Assembly (NCBI GenBank): GCA_963778655.1
Contig: CAVZVA010000010.1
Coordinates: 416,001-480,000, forward strand
Direction: 5' to 3'
Source: an uncultured delta proteobacterium
GTDB lineage: Bacteria > Myxococcota_A > Polyangia > Polyangiales > JAFGIB01
Length of the DNA stretch: 64,000 nucleotides
In this document: positions 55,596 through 64,000 of the stretch, piece after piece
Numbering within the stretch: the first letter of the stretch is position 1
Layout of the letters: every line of letters begins with the position of its first letter
The notes under the pieces: generated by a model
The model's input: the letters and a program-made list of their open reading frames with translations, nothing else
What the model was told of the DNA's origin: nothing
Database searches by the model: none
Program-made: the position numbers and the translations under genes

Positions 55596-56728
55596 TGGAA
55601 GTGTTAGAGAGCTATCCCCCGAGCGCGCTGCCCTGGGCCGCCGACAAGGAGGTCGTGGTGGTGCTGGACCTCGAGGGCCGCGCCGACCCCGGCCATGATC
55701 CGCGGCTGTCGCTCGAGCTCGCGAGCCAGATCTACAAGGCCATGCTGCGCACGCGCCTGATCGATCAGCGCCTGACCAAGCTGCAGCGCCAGGGCCGGAT
55801 CGGGTTCCACGTGGGCGCCGAGGGCGAGGAAGCAGCGATCGTGGCCTCGGCCGCGGCGATGCGGCCGCAGGACTGGCTGTTCCCGTGCTACCGCGAGGTG
55901 GGCGCGGCGCTGTACCGCGGCTTCCCTCTGCAGGCGTATATCGACAACATGTACGGCAACGCCAACGACATACCCGAGGGCCGCCAGATGCCCGATCACA
56001 TCACCGCCCGCGACGTGCACTTCGGCTCGGTCACGGCGCCGATCGGCACCCAGATCACGCAGGCGGTGGGTTTCGCCTGGGCCGCCAAGCTCAAGCGCGA
56101 GGACCTGGTGGTGGGCGTCTACTTCGGCGACGGCGCGACCAGCAGCAACGACTTCCACAGCGGCATGACCTTCGCGGGTGTCTACCGCGTGCCCGCGCTG
56201 TTCCTGCTGCGCAACAACGGCTGGGCGATCAGCATGCCCGCCGAGCACCAGACCGCGGCGCGGACCTATGCCGACAAGGGGCTCGGCTACGGTGTGCCGG
56301 CCGTGCGCTGCGATGGCAACGACGCGCTGGCGGTCTACGCCACGGTCAAGCGCGCGGTGGAGCACGCCGCCGCGGGTGGCGGTCCGACATTGGTCGAGCT
56401 GATCACCTACCGCGCGGGCGCCCACTCGACCAGCGACGATCCGACGGCCTATCGCGACAAGGCCGAGGTCGAGCGCCAGCTCAAGCGCGACCCGCTGCGC
56501 CGCATGCGCAAGTACCTCGAGCAGAAGGGTGCGTGGTCGGAGCAGGACGAGAAGCGCTTCGGCGAAGAGGTGCAGGCGGAGCTGCAGACCTGCATCGATC
56601 GCGCGGAGAACGCGCCGCCGCCGTCGATCGGCAGCATGTTCGAGCAGGTCTTCGAGCACATGCCCCCGCACCTGCAGCAGCAGCAGCGCGAGTGCGAAAG
56701 CGGCCCGCGCGCCCGCAAGAACCACTGA
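55595..56728 (+). CDS. 2-oxoacid dehydrogenase E1 alpha (branched-chain type likely)
   Basis: QRQGRIGF, GRQMPDH, TPP motif GDGAT...NN, HSTSDDP. Confidence 0.92.
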   Translation: MEVLESYPPSALPWAADKEVVVVLDLEGRADPGHDPRLSLELASQIYKAMLRTRLIDQRLTKLQRQGRIGFHVGAEGEEAAIVASAAAMRPQDWLFPCYREVGAALYRGFPLQAYIDNMYGNANDIPEGRQMPDHITARDVHFGSVTAPIGTQITQAVGFAWAAKLKREDLVVGVYFGDGATSSNDFHSGMTFAGVYRVPALFLLRNNGWAISMPAEHQTAARTYADKGLGYGVPAVRCDGNDALAVYATVKRAVEHAAAGGGPTLVELITYRAGAHSTSDDPTAYRDKAEVERQLKRDPLRRMRKYLEQKGAWSEQDEKRFGEEVQAELQTCIDRAENAPPPSIGSMFEQVFEHMPPHLQQQQRECESGPRARKNH

Positions 56729-56864
56729 GGCCAGCCGTGACGCGAGCGTCCAGCACAGCAGGCGGAGCGGAACGCAGTGCGGCGACCCCGCCCCAGGCCC
56801 GTGGTACGCGTGGCGTTCCGCCCGACGGGCGGGAGGATCGCGCGATCCTCGTAGTGGAAAGCCC

Positions 56865-57839
56865 ATGACCCAGATGAACATGGTCGGCGCGCTCAACGAC
56901 GCGCTGCGGGTCGAGATGCGCAACGATGAGCGCGTGGTCGTGCTGGGCGAGGACGTGGGCAAGCTCGGCGGGGTGTTCCGCGTGACCGCCGGGCTGCAGA
57001 AGGAGTTCGGCGACGAGCGCGTGATCGACACGCCGCTAGCCGAGACCGGCATTATCGGCAGCGCGATCGGCATGGCGCTCGGCGGCCTGCGCCCGGTGCC
57101 GGAGATCCAGTTCGGCGACTTCATCTATCCCGCCGTCGACCAGCTGGTCAACGAGGCGGCCAAGTACCGCTACCGCTCGGGCGGCGAGTTCCCCTGCCCG
57201 ATGGTGGTGCGCGTGCCAGTGGGCGGCGGCATCCGCGGCGGCCACTACCACTCGCAGACGCCGGAGTCCCTGTTCATCAACGCCTCGGGCCTGAAGATCG
57301 TCTGTCCCAGCAACCCCTACGACGCCAAGGGCCTGCTGATCAGCGCGATCCGCGACAATGATCCGGTGCTGTTCTTCGAGCCCAAGCGCGTGTACCGGGC
57401 GCTCAAGATGGACGTGCCCGACGGCGAGTACACCGTCGAGCTGAGCCAGGCCAAGGTCGCGCGCGAAGGGGAGCACGTGACCTGCGTGGCGTGGGGCGCG
57501 ATGTTGTTCGAGGCGATCGCCGCGGCCGAAGAGGTTCGCGCGCAAGGCATCGAGGTCGAGGTGATCGACCTGCGCACCCTGTGGCCGGTCGATCTCGACA
57601 CCGTGGTGCAGAGCGTCAAGAAGACGGGCCGGCTGCTGGTGGTCCACGAGGCGCCCAAGGCGTGCGGCTTCGGCGCCGAGATGATCGCGCAGATCTGCGA
57701 GACGGCGTTCCTGCACCTGGAGGCCCCGCCGCGGCGCGTCACCGGCTGGGACACCCCCTTTCCGTACACCCTCGAGAACGAGTACCTTCCGCTGGCTCAT
57801 CGCATCGTGCCGGCGCTGATCGACACCGTGCGCTTCTGA
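56865..57839 (+). CDS. 2-oxoacid dehydrogenase E1 beta
   Basis: GEDVGKLGGVFRVT, DTPLAE, EIQF, GGGIRGGHYHSQ, FFEPK. Confidence 0.93.
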   Translation: MTQMNMVGALNDALRVEMRNDERVVVLGEDVGKLGGVFRVTAGLQKEFGDERVIDTPLAETGIIGSAIGMALGGLRPVPEIQFGDFIYPAVDQLVNEAAKYRYRSGGEFPCPMVVRVPVGGGIRGGHYHSQTPESLFINASGLKIVCPSNPYDAKGLLISAIRDNDPVLFFEPKRVYRALKMDVPDGEYTVELSQAKVAREGEHVTCVAWGAMLFEAIAAAEEVRAQGIEVEVIDLRTLWPVDLDTVVQSVKKTGRLLVVHEAPKACGFGAEMIAQICETAFLHLEAPPRRVTGWDTPFPYTLENEYLPLAHRIVPALIDTVRF

Positions 57840-57840
57840 A

Positions 57841-59154
57841 ATGGCCCGCTTCGAATTCAAGCTACCGGACATCGGCGAAGGTGTGACCGAGGGCGAGATC
57901 GTCGCCTGGCACGTCAAGGAAGGCGATCGCGTGGCCGAGGACCAGGTGATGGTCGAGGTCATGACCGACAAGGCTACCGTGACGATCGGCGCGCCGCGCG
58001 CGGGCAAGATCGACGCGCTGATGGCGAGCGTCGGCAACATCGTCAAGGTGGGCGACGTGCTGCTGGTGATCCAGACCGGCAACGGCTCGCGCACCGCGTC
58101 CGGGCTGCCGGCCGCGACCGCAGTGGGTGACATCCGCGAATCGCTGCCGGGTACCGGCTACTTCGCGGAGAAACGCGCCGCGCTGGGCGCTGACCAGGTG
58201 TCCGAGGCCGGGGTTGAGGCCTCTGCGCTCGAGGCGCGCTCCAACGGCGAGAAGCCGCTGGCCACGCCGGCCACGCGCAAGCTCGCCCGCGACCTCAAGG
58301 TGGACCTGCGCCGCGTCACCGGTAGTGGACCACGCGGGCGCGTGACCAAAGAGGACGTGCTGGCGCACAGCAGCGCGGGCGCTGCGCCCGCCCGGCGCGC
58401 CGAGCCGGCGCCACCGCGCGGCGCACCCGGGCGTCCGGCGCAGCCGGCGCCCGCGGCCGGGACGCGCGTGCCGTTCGTGGGGCTGCGGCGGCGCATCGCC
58501 GAGCACATGCACGCCGCCAAGAGCAATGCGGCGCACTTCACCTTCGTGGAGGAGTGCGAGGCAGACCGCCTGCTCGAGCTGCGCGAGCGCCTGCGCCCCG
58601 AGGTCGAAGCCCGCGGGCTCTCGCTCACCTTCCTGCCCTTCGTGATCAAGGCGGTGGTGGCCGCCCTCAAGAAGCACCCGCTGCTCAACAGCAGCCTCGA
58701 CGTCGAGAAGAACGAGCTGGTGCTGCACGACCGCTATCACATCGGAATCGCCGCCGCGACCGACCAGGGCCTGGTGGTGCCGGTCGTGCACGACGCCGAG
58801 CAGCGCAGCCTGCTCGAGCTGGCCGCCGAGCTGCAGCGGCTGGCGGACGCGGCACGCGCAGGCACCCTGAGCTTGCACGAGCTTTCGGGCTCCACCTTCA
58901 CCGTCACCTCGCTCGGCAAGCAGAGCGGCCTGTTCGCCGTGCCGATCATCAACTACCCCAACGTCGGAATCCTCGGCATCCACAAGATCAAGCAGCGGCC
59001 GGTGGTGCGCGGAGGGCAGATCGCGATCGGCCAGGTGATGCTGCTGTCGCTCTCGCTCGACCACCGCATCGTCGACGGCCACGTGGGCGCCGCCTTCGCC
59101 TACGACGTCATCCACTACCTCGAGGATCCGGCGCGGCTGCTGCTCGAGAGCTGA
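57841..59154 (+). CDS. dihydrolipoamide acyltransferase E2 (single lipoyl domain)
   Basis: LPDIGEG, EVMTDKA, ATPATRKLAR, DHRIVDG. Confidence 0.95.
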   Translation: MARFEFKLPDIGEGVTEGEIVAWHVKEGDRVAEDQVMVEVMTDKATVTIGAPRAGKIDALMASVGNIVKVGDVLLVIQTGNGSRTASGLPAATAVGDIRESLPGTGYFAEKRAALGADQVSEAGVEASALEARSNGEKPLATPATRKLARDLKVDLRRVTGSGPRGRVTKEDVLAHSSAGAAPARRAEPAPPRGAPGRPAQPAPAAGTRVPFVGLRRRIAEHMHAAKSNAAHFTFVEECEADRLLELRERLRPEVEARGLSLTFLPFVIKAVVAALKKHPLLNSSLDVEKNELVLHDRYHIGIAAATDQGLVVPVVHDAEQRSLLELAAELQRLADAARAGTLSLHELSGSTFTVTSLGKQSGLFAVPIINYPNVGILGIHKIKQRPVVRGGQIAIGQVMLLSLSLDHRIVDGHVGAAFAYDVIHYLEDPARLLLES

Positions 59155-59301
59155 TCGTCATGGGCCGCGCGGCACCTTTCGCGGCGGCCTCGCGCTGCCC
59201 TGCAATGCAGGAAGTCCGAAACAGGAAGACGGAAAGCTTCTAATTCGGAGCTCGGACGAGACCCTCGCCGCCCTGCCGCCTTGTCTTGATCCGCAACAGC
59301 G

Positions 59302-60189
59302 ATGAGCCAGCCCCCACGAGACTCCCGCGCCCCCGAGGGCGCGCACTGCGCCCAGCATCCCGACCGTGCTGCGCACTTCACCTGCCCGCGCTGCGGCAGC
59401 TTCGCCTGCCTGAGCTGCTGGCACCCCTCGGTGGAGCGCTGCCAGCAGTGTTTGACCCGCGATCCGACCGAGGCGGCTCCGCCGCTGCCCTGGGAGCGCG
59501 AGAACGCGCCGGCGCTGTTGCGTTTCGTGTCCACGCTGGGGACCGCGCTGCGACCGGTGCGCTCGGCGCCTGCGTTCGCGCGCGAAGAGCTGGGGCCGGC
59601 ACTGCGCTTCATGTACTGGTCGGCGCTGCCGCTGGCGCTGCTCGCCGGAATCATCCCGCACACGCGCACCCTGCTATTCGAAGGGGACTTTCGCGTGCGT
59701 GTGGTCGGCCATCCCGATCAGGTCGCGATCGCGCTCGACGTGGCGCGCGCCGCGCTGTGCGAGTTGGGGCTGACGGCCCTGCAGCTCGGCTGCCTGCTGC
59801 TGCCGTTCGCCAGCCTGGTGCGCGCCTACGCGCCGCCGCAGCGCAGACACGCGGCGCTGCGCGTGCTCTTCTACCGCATCTGGCTGTTGCCGGCGGCGAT
59901 GCTGTTCTACTACCTCGCGGCCTGGGCACTGCCGGCGCCTGATCCCGCGACGATGCAGGCAGTGCCCGTCAGCTGGGCGCTGGTGGTGGCGGTGCGCCTG
60001 CTCGCCTCGGTGCTGCTGATGCTGGCGATGGGAGCGACCGCCCGTCTGGCTTGCGGGCTCGGTCCCTTCATGTCGATGCTGGTGGTGATGGTGCCCGTGG
60101 CGTTGATGATGGTGGTGGCACCGCTGGCGACGCTGGGCGTCGAACGCCTGCTGCCGGCGGAGCCGGCGGCCCAGACCGCCAGCGGATGA
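59302..60189 (+). CDS. membrane protein with N-terminal B-box-like Cys/His zinc finger
   Basis: CAQH...CPRCGSFACLSC...CQQC, LPWE, then about 5 TM helices (Yip1-like layout). Confidence 0.65.
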   Translation: MSQPPRDSRAPEGAHCAQHPDRAAHFTCPRCGSFACLSCWHPSVERCQQCLTRDPTEAAPPLPWERENAPALLRFVSTLGTALRPVRSAPAFAREELGPALRFMYWSALPLALLAGIIPHTRTLLFEGDFRVRVVGHPDQVAIALDVARAALCELGLTALQLGCLLLPFASLVRAYAPPQRRHAALRVLFYRIWLLPAAMLFYYLAAWALPAPDPATMQAVPVSWALVVAVRLLASVLLMLAMGATARLACGLGPFMSMLVVMVPVALMMVVAPLATLGVERLLPAEPAAQTASG

Positions 60190-60251
60190 ACACGCGCCGC
60201 GAAGAACCGCTGACCTATGCGATCATCCGCCGCAAAAGGGCGAAACCCGGG

Positions 60252-60473
60252 TCAGAGGCCGAGCAGCTTGGTGCCGCCCCACAGCAGCGCGAGCAGCGCG
60301 GCCATGATGCCGAGCATCAAGCCAACGTCAGGCACCACGTAGGGATAGACCAGCATCACCAAACCGATCGCGGCGTGCGGCATGCGCCGGCACTTGCGCC
60401 CGTAGTTGAGCAGCGCGAAGCCGATGCCGCTCACGAACATCGAGGCCAGCAGGCTTCCGGGATCCAGGCTCAC
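60252..60473 (-). CDS. small membrane protein
   Basis: SGIGFALLNYGRK...LVYPYVV; RBS AGGAGG. Confidence 0.7.
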   Translation of the reverse strand: MSLDPGSLLASMFVSGIGFALLNYGRKCRRMPHAAIGLVMLVYPYVVPDVGLMLGIMAALLALLWGGTKLLGL

Positions 60474-60599
60474 GCGATCCTCCTAGATTTCAACCGTAGA
60501 TCAACGGTCGGGCGCGCGGGCTTTGTTCCGAGGAAACAGAGACAAAAGAGCGCGCCTGAGGTGGTTGTGCGCGCCTGAGGTGCGTGGCCGCCCACGCTG

Positions 60600-61565
60600 T
60601 CAACGCAGCTCGTAGTCGAAATTCAGGTGCCTGCCGCGGCGCACTAGCGCGAGGGTGACGCGGTCCGCGTGTCGAGGCACGGAGAGCGCGCTGATCACGC
60701 CCGCCGGCGTCCCCAGCGAAAATCCGTTGAGGCTGCGCACCACGTCGCCGCGGCGAATTCCCAGCCGTGCGAGCACGCCGGCGCGATCCAGCCTGTCCAC
60801 CCGCGTCCCGAATGCGCGCCCGCGGTGACGCACGGTCCTGGTGCGTATCGAGCGCGCGAGCACGGCCGATTGCTGCACCGCTTTGGCCAGCAGGCCGCGA
60901 TCGACCCGGAAGCGGCGCTTACCGATCGGGTGGATCCCGCGCTCGAGCTCACCTGGCTTGAATGCAGCCGCCGCGCGTTTCGCGCGCCGGGCGCCGGCCT
61001 TGGCGCGGGCCTTCTGCTGCTGCGCGATCTTCTCTTGTGAGCGCGCCGTAAATAGCCCGAGCCAGCAGCTGGTGTCGCCCTCCGCGAGCAGCACCGCTTC
61101 CGGATAGATCTCGGCGAGCGTCTGGGTGCCCACCTCCATGCCCGCGTGGTAGGCGCGCCGCGGGCCGAGCTGCGAGCCGCTCAGCACGGCCACCGAGCGC
61201 TCGGGACTGCGGTGGTTGTATACGGTCGCCTCGAGCCGTAGATCGCCTTCGCAGGCGACCGGGCCTTCAGGCTCGGGCTCGACCTCGGGCTCGATCTCGT
61301 CGGCCGCGGGCTTGGGCGGCCACAGCGCACCGGTGCTCGGGTCGAACACGTTGCGAGCCAGGATGCGCTTGGGATCGGGCGCCTGACTGCCCGGCGGCGG
61401 GGGCGGCTCCGCAATCGGCGCGCGCGCGCGCTGCTCGCTCAGCTGGTGCCGCCGTGCCTTGGCCAGGCTGCCGGCAACCAGCGTGCTGGTGCCCAGGGCC
61501 CCGAAAAGGGCACTGGTCGCAAGGGTGCCGAGGACACAGAGGGCTCGCAGTTGGCGCGATCGCAT
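60600..61565 (-). CDS. GspC-like type II secretion protein with PDZ domain
   Basis: N-terminal TM, ILARNVFD, C-terminal LGIRRGDVVRSLNGF...RRGRHLNFDYELR. Confidence 0.75.
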   Translation of the reverse strand: MRSRQLRALCVLGTLATSALFGALGTSTLVAGSLAKARRHQLSEQRARAPIAEPPPPPGSQAPDPKRILARNVFDPSTGALWPPKPAADEIEPEVEPEPEGPVACEGDLRLEATVYNHRSPERSVAVLSGSQLGPRRAYHAGMEVGTQTLAEIYPEAVLLAEGDTSCWLGLFTARSQEKIAQQQKARAKAGARRAKRAAAAFKPGELERGIHPIGKRRFRVDRGLLAKAVQQSAVLARSIRTRTVRHRGRAFGTRVDRLDRAGVLARLGIRRGDVVRSLNGFSLGTPAGVISALSVPRHADRVTLALVRRGRHLNFDYELR

Positions 61566-61852
61566 GGCGGGTCAGAGGCCGGGGTGGCCGCGAGCCGGGC
61601 TCGCAACCGAAGCACGCGGCGGCGCGGGCCGTCGCTGCGAAGCCGCGCGCCGCCCAAGGGGACGCCCAGACACGACATCGCGCGCACACGCCCCACAGCG
61701 CCTACTGAGACTAGCAGCCCACGGCCGGCGACGCGAGCATGCGCCGGCCGGCGCGATGCGCTGTCAGTGTAAGCTCGACACGGCCTCCCCCGGCGCGCGC
61801 GCGGACGTGGCTTCCAACTTCCCCGCCCGCGCCACGCCCCGATTGCAGAGAC

Positions 61853-63097
61853 GTGTCCCACCTGCACGGATCGCACGCCCCCGAGGACGCCGCCCGGCGC
61901 GCGCGACGCGTCGCCTTTGCGCTGAGTTGGCTCGCGTACGCGTCGTACTATGTCGGCCGCAAGGGCTTCAGCGTCACCAAGTCCGCGATCGCGAGCGCGC
62001 TCGGGCTGGGTACCCCGATGCTCGCCCTGATCGACACCGCGTTCCTGGGCGCGTACGCGGCGGGTCAGGTGCCGAGCGGGCTCGCTGCCGATCGTATCGG
62101 GGCGCGACGCCTGTTGGCGCTGGGCATGCTGGGTTCGGCCGCAGCTTGCGCCGGATTCGGCTCGGCCAGCTCGGCTGCTGCGCTGCTGCTCGCGTTCGGG
62201 TGCAACGGCCTGGCCCAGTCGACGGGTTGGCCCGGCACGACCAAGGCAATGGCCGAGCACACCTCGCTGCTCGAGCGCGGGCGCGTGATGGGGCTGTGGT
62301 CCACCTGCTACCAGATCGGCGGCATCGCGGCGACCACACTGGCTGCGTTCCTGCTGGCACGCTTCGGCTGGCGCGCGGCCTTTCGCGTGCCGGCGATGTG
62401 GCTGGCCGCGGTCGCGCTCGTGATCTTCGCGTGGCTGCCGGGTCCGCCGGGAGGGACGGGCACGAGCACGAGCGGCGGGGACGGCGAGGCGCGGAAACGG
62501 GCACGCAGGGCGTTACTGCGCAGCCGGCTGATGTACGGGTACTGCGCCTGCTACTTCTGTCTGAAGCTGATCCGCTACAGCTTGCTGTTCTGGCTGCCCT
62601 TCTACCTGCACACCGCAGTCGGCTTCGGGGAGGTAGAGAGCGGTTACCTGTCGACCTCATTCGAAATCGGCGGCGTCGCCGGCAGCATGGGCCTGGGCTA
62701 CCTCTCCGATCGCTTCGGCGGCTCGCGCTCAAGCGCGGCGCTGCTGTCGTTGCTCGGGCTGGCGGGCGCGCTGCTGCTGTACGCGCGTCTGGGCGCCGCA
62801 GCCGCGCCGTTGCACTTCGCGTCGATGGCGCTGGTCGGCGCGCTGCTCTACGGGCCAGACTCGCTGCTCTCGGGCGCGGCCGCGCAGGATGCCGGCGGAC
62901 CGCACGCAGCTGCGACCGCGGTCGGGTTGGTCAACGGCGTGGGCTCGGTGGGCGCGCTGATGCAGGGCGCGCTGATGGTCCTGGTGCAGCGGGTGCTGGG
63001 CTGGAACGCGCTGTTCTACGTGTTCTTCGGCCTGGCCTTGCTCGCGGCCGCGTGCCTCGTCCCCACCCTGACCCCCCGCCGCGAAGGCCCGGTCTAG
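61853..63097 (+). CDS. MFS transporter, OPA (GlpT/UhpC-like) family
   Basis: YASYYVGRKGFS, ADRIGAR, QSTGWP, ERGRVMGLWST, KLIRYSLLFWLP; start GTG 61853 assumed. Confidence 0.88.
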   Translation: MSHLHGSHAPEDAARRARRVAFALSWLAYASYYVGRKGFSVTKSAIASALGLGTPMLALIDTAFLGAYAAGQVPSGLAADRIGARRLLALGMLGSAAACAGFGSASSAAALLLAFGCNGLAQSTGWPGTTKAMAEHTSLLERGRVMGLWSTCYQIGGIAATTLAAFLLARFGWRAAFRVPAMWLAAVALVIFAWLPGPPGGTGTSTSGGDGEARKRARRALLRSRLMYGYCACYFCLKLIRYSLLFWLPFYLHTAVGFGEVESGYLSTSFEIGGVAGSMGLGYLSDRFGGSRSSAALLSLLGLAGALLLYARLGAAAAPLHFASMALVGALLYGPDSLLSGAAAQDAGGPHAAATAVGLVNGVGSVGALMQGALMVLVQRVLGWNALFYVFFGLALLAAACLVPTLTPRREGPV

Positions 63098-63264
63098 AGC
63101 ACCGAACAGTTTGAAACGTGTGCGAAGTCGCGGTGATGGGGGGATGCAGGGTGCGGGCAGGAGCCCGCAGGCGTAGTGAACCCTACGTCAAGCGGCGAGT
63201 GCTCGTGCCATGCGCCCGCCAGGGCCGTGAAATCGTGCGTGTTTCAATATGTTCGGTGCTCCAG
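63094..63264. mobile_element. 171-bp MITE-like element, inverted homolog of 50326-50496
   Basis: CTAGAGCACCGAACAGTTTGAAAC ... GTTTCAATATGTTCGGTGCTCCAG; left CTAG contains the MFS stop codon. Confidence 0.88.
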
Positions 63265-63330
63265 TTTCTAGTCCTCCGCATAGATCGATGGCCGTTCACC
63301 CTCTCGCGGTGGTGCGGCATCCGCTGCACC

Positions 63331-63382
63331 GCTAAATGACCGATCGGCATGGCCGTTCCCGAATCGTGATCGGTCATTTAGC
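63331..63382. terminator. 15-bp perfect inverted repeat over the kinase stop (terminator or miniature MITE)
   Basis: GCTAAATGACCGATC ... GATCGGTCATTTAGC. Confidence 0.55.
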
Positions 63383-64000
63383 TCGACGACAGGATCCGCT
63401 CGGCGACGCGCGCCAGCAGCTCCTGGGCCGCAAACGGCTTGTCCAGACGCGCGTTGGAAACCCGGTCCAGGAAGGCCTGGGCGGCGCCGGTAAACGCGCC
63501 CCCGGTCAGAAAGATCACCTGATCGGCCAGCGCGGGATGCGCCGCCGAGAGCCGGGCGTGAAACTCCATCCCGCTCATGCCGGGCATCATCAGATCGCAC
63601 AGCACCGCGTCGAAGCGCTCGCCCGCCAGCAGCCGTTGCAGCGCGGCGCGGGCGTTGGTCATGGTTTCGACCTCATGCTGATCGCCGAGCACCAGCGCCA
63701 TCGAGGCCACCAGCGCCTCGTCGTCGTCGATCACCAGCACGCGACCCCGCCCGACCACCGGGGGGAAGGCGTGCGGCGGCGTCCGTTTGACGCGCTCCAC
63801 CGGCTCGGCCACGGGCAACAACACGCGAAACACGCTGCCGCGCGTCGGCTCGCTCTCGACCTCGATGCGACCGCCCAGACCGCTCACGATGCGGTGGCAG
63901 ATCGCCAGGCCCAGACCGGTCCCGACGTTCTGCGGCTTGGTGGTGAAGAACGGATCGAAGATGCGCTCGAGCACCTCGGACGCGATCCCCGCGCCGCTGT
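63378..64000 (-). CDS. hybrid histidine kinase/response regulator, 3' part only (truncated by window edge)
   Basis: IFDPFFTTK..GTGLGLAI HATPase; receiver VLVIDDD...LCDLMMPGMSG...FLTG...KPF. Confidence 0.92.
   Translation of the reverse strand, partial: SGAGIASEVLERIFDPFFTTKPQNVGTGLGLAICHRIVSGLGGRIEVESEPTRGSVFRVLLPVAEPVERVKRTPPHAFPPVVGRGRVLVIDDDEALVASMALVLGDQHEVETMTNARAALQRLLAGERFDAVLCDLMMPGMSGMEFHARLSAAHPALADQVIFLTGGAFTGAAQAFLDRVSNARLDKPFAAQELLARVAERILSSS

Overview
A 64-kb, very GC-rich bacterial chromosomal segment, most likely Myxococcota (Polyangiales-like), judged from a MYXO-CTERM-like tail, many Cys-rich lipoproteins with G/T- or DAG-rich linkers, and a TPR lipoprotein. No rRNA, tRNA, CRISPR array, integrase or transposase was recognised. 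Main blocks: (1) envelope/lipid genes (GT32, GDPD, patatin, TPR lipoprotein with a 132-bp in-frame tandem repeat, MacB-like permease, GT-C protein, DctP); (2) a LuxR + flavin monooxygenase pair; (3) a convergent envelope redox cluster with four c-type cytochrome-like proteins plus DUF4266, DUF3570 and a DUF2271 protein with a TGAT flavinylation motif, but no ApbE; (4) a TonB receptor-lipoprotein-GPH transporter (in-frame TGA)-OppB/C-LLM run; (5) PP2C, DUF2505, gshB; (6) a mevalonate operon, with a prenyltransferase and type-2 IDI about 14 kb downstream; (7) between them, an ~11.5-kb block with different codon usage encoding a phytoene-desaturase-like flavoprotein, a second prenyltransferase, a class III cyclase-STAND-TPR protein, two reductases and four unannotated proteins, three sharing a short helical motif. 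This block is the best candidate for an undescribed system; (8) lipA + 2-oxoacid dehydrogenase E1a/E1b/E2, GspC-like, MFS and a truncated hybrid kinase. Several families of CTAG/TA-ended MITE-like and REP-like elements are scattered throughout. All family assignments are from motif recognition by eye; no searches were run.
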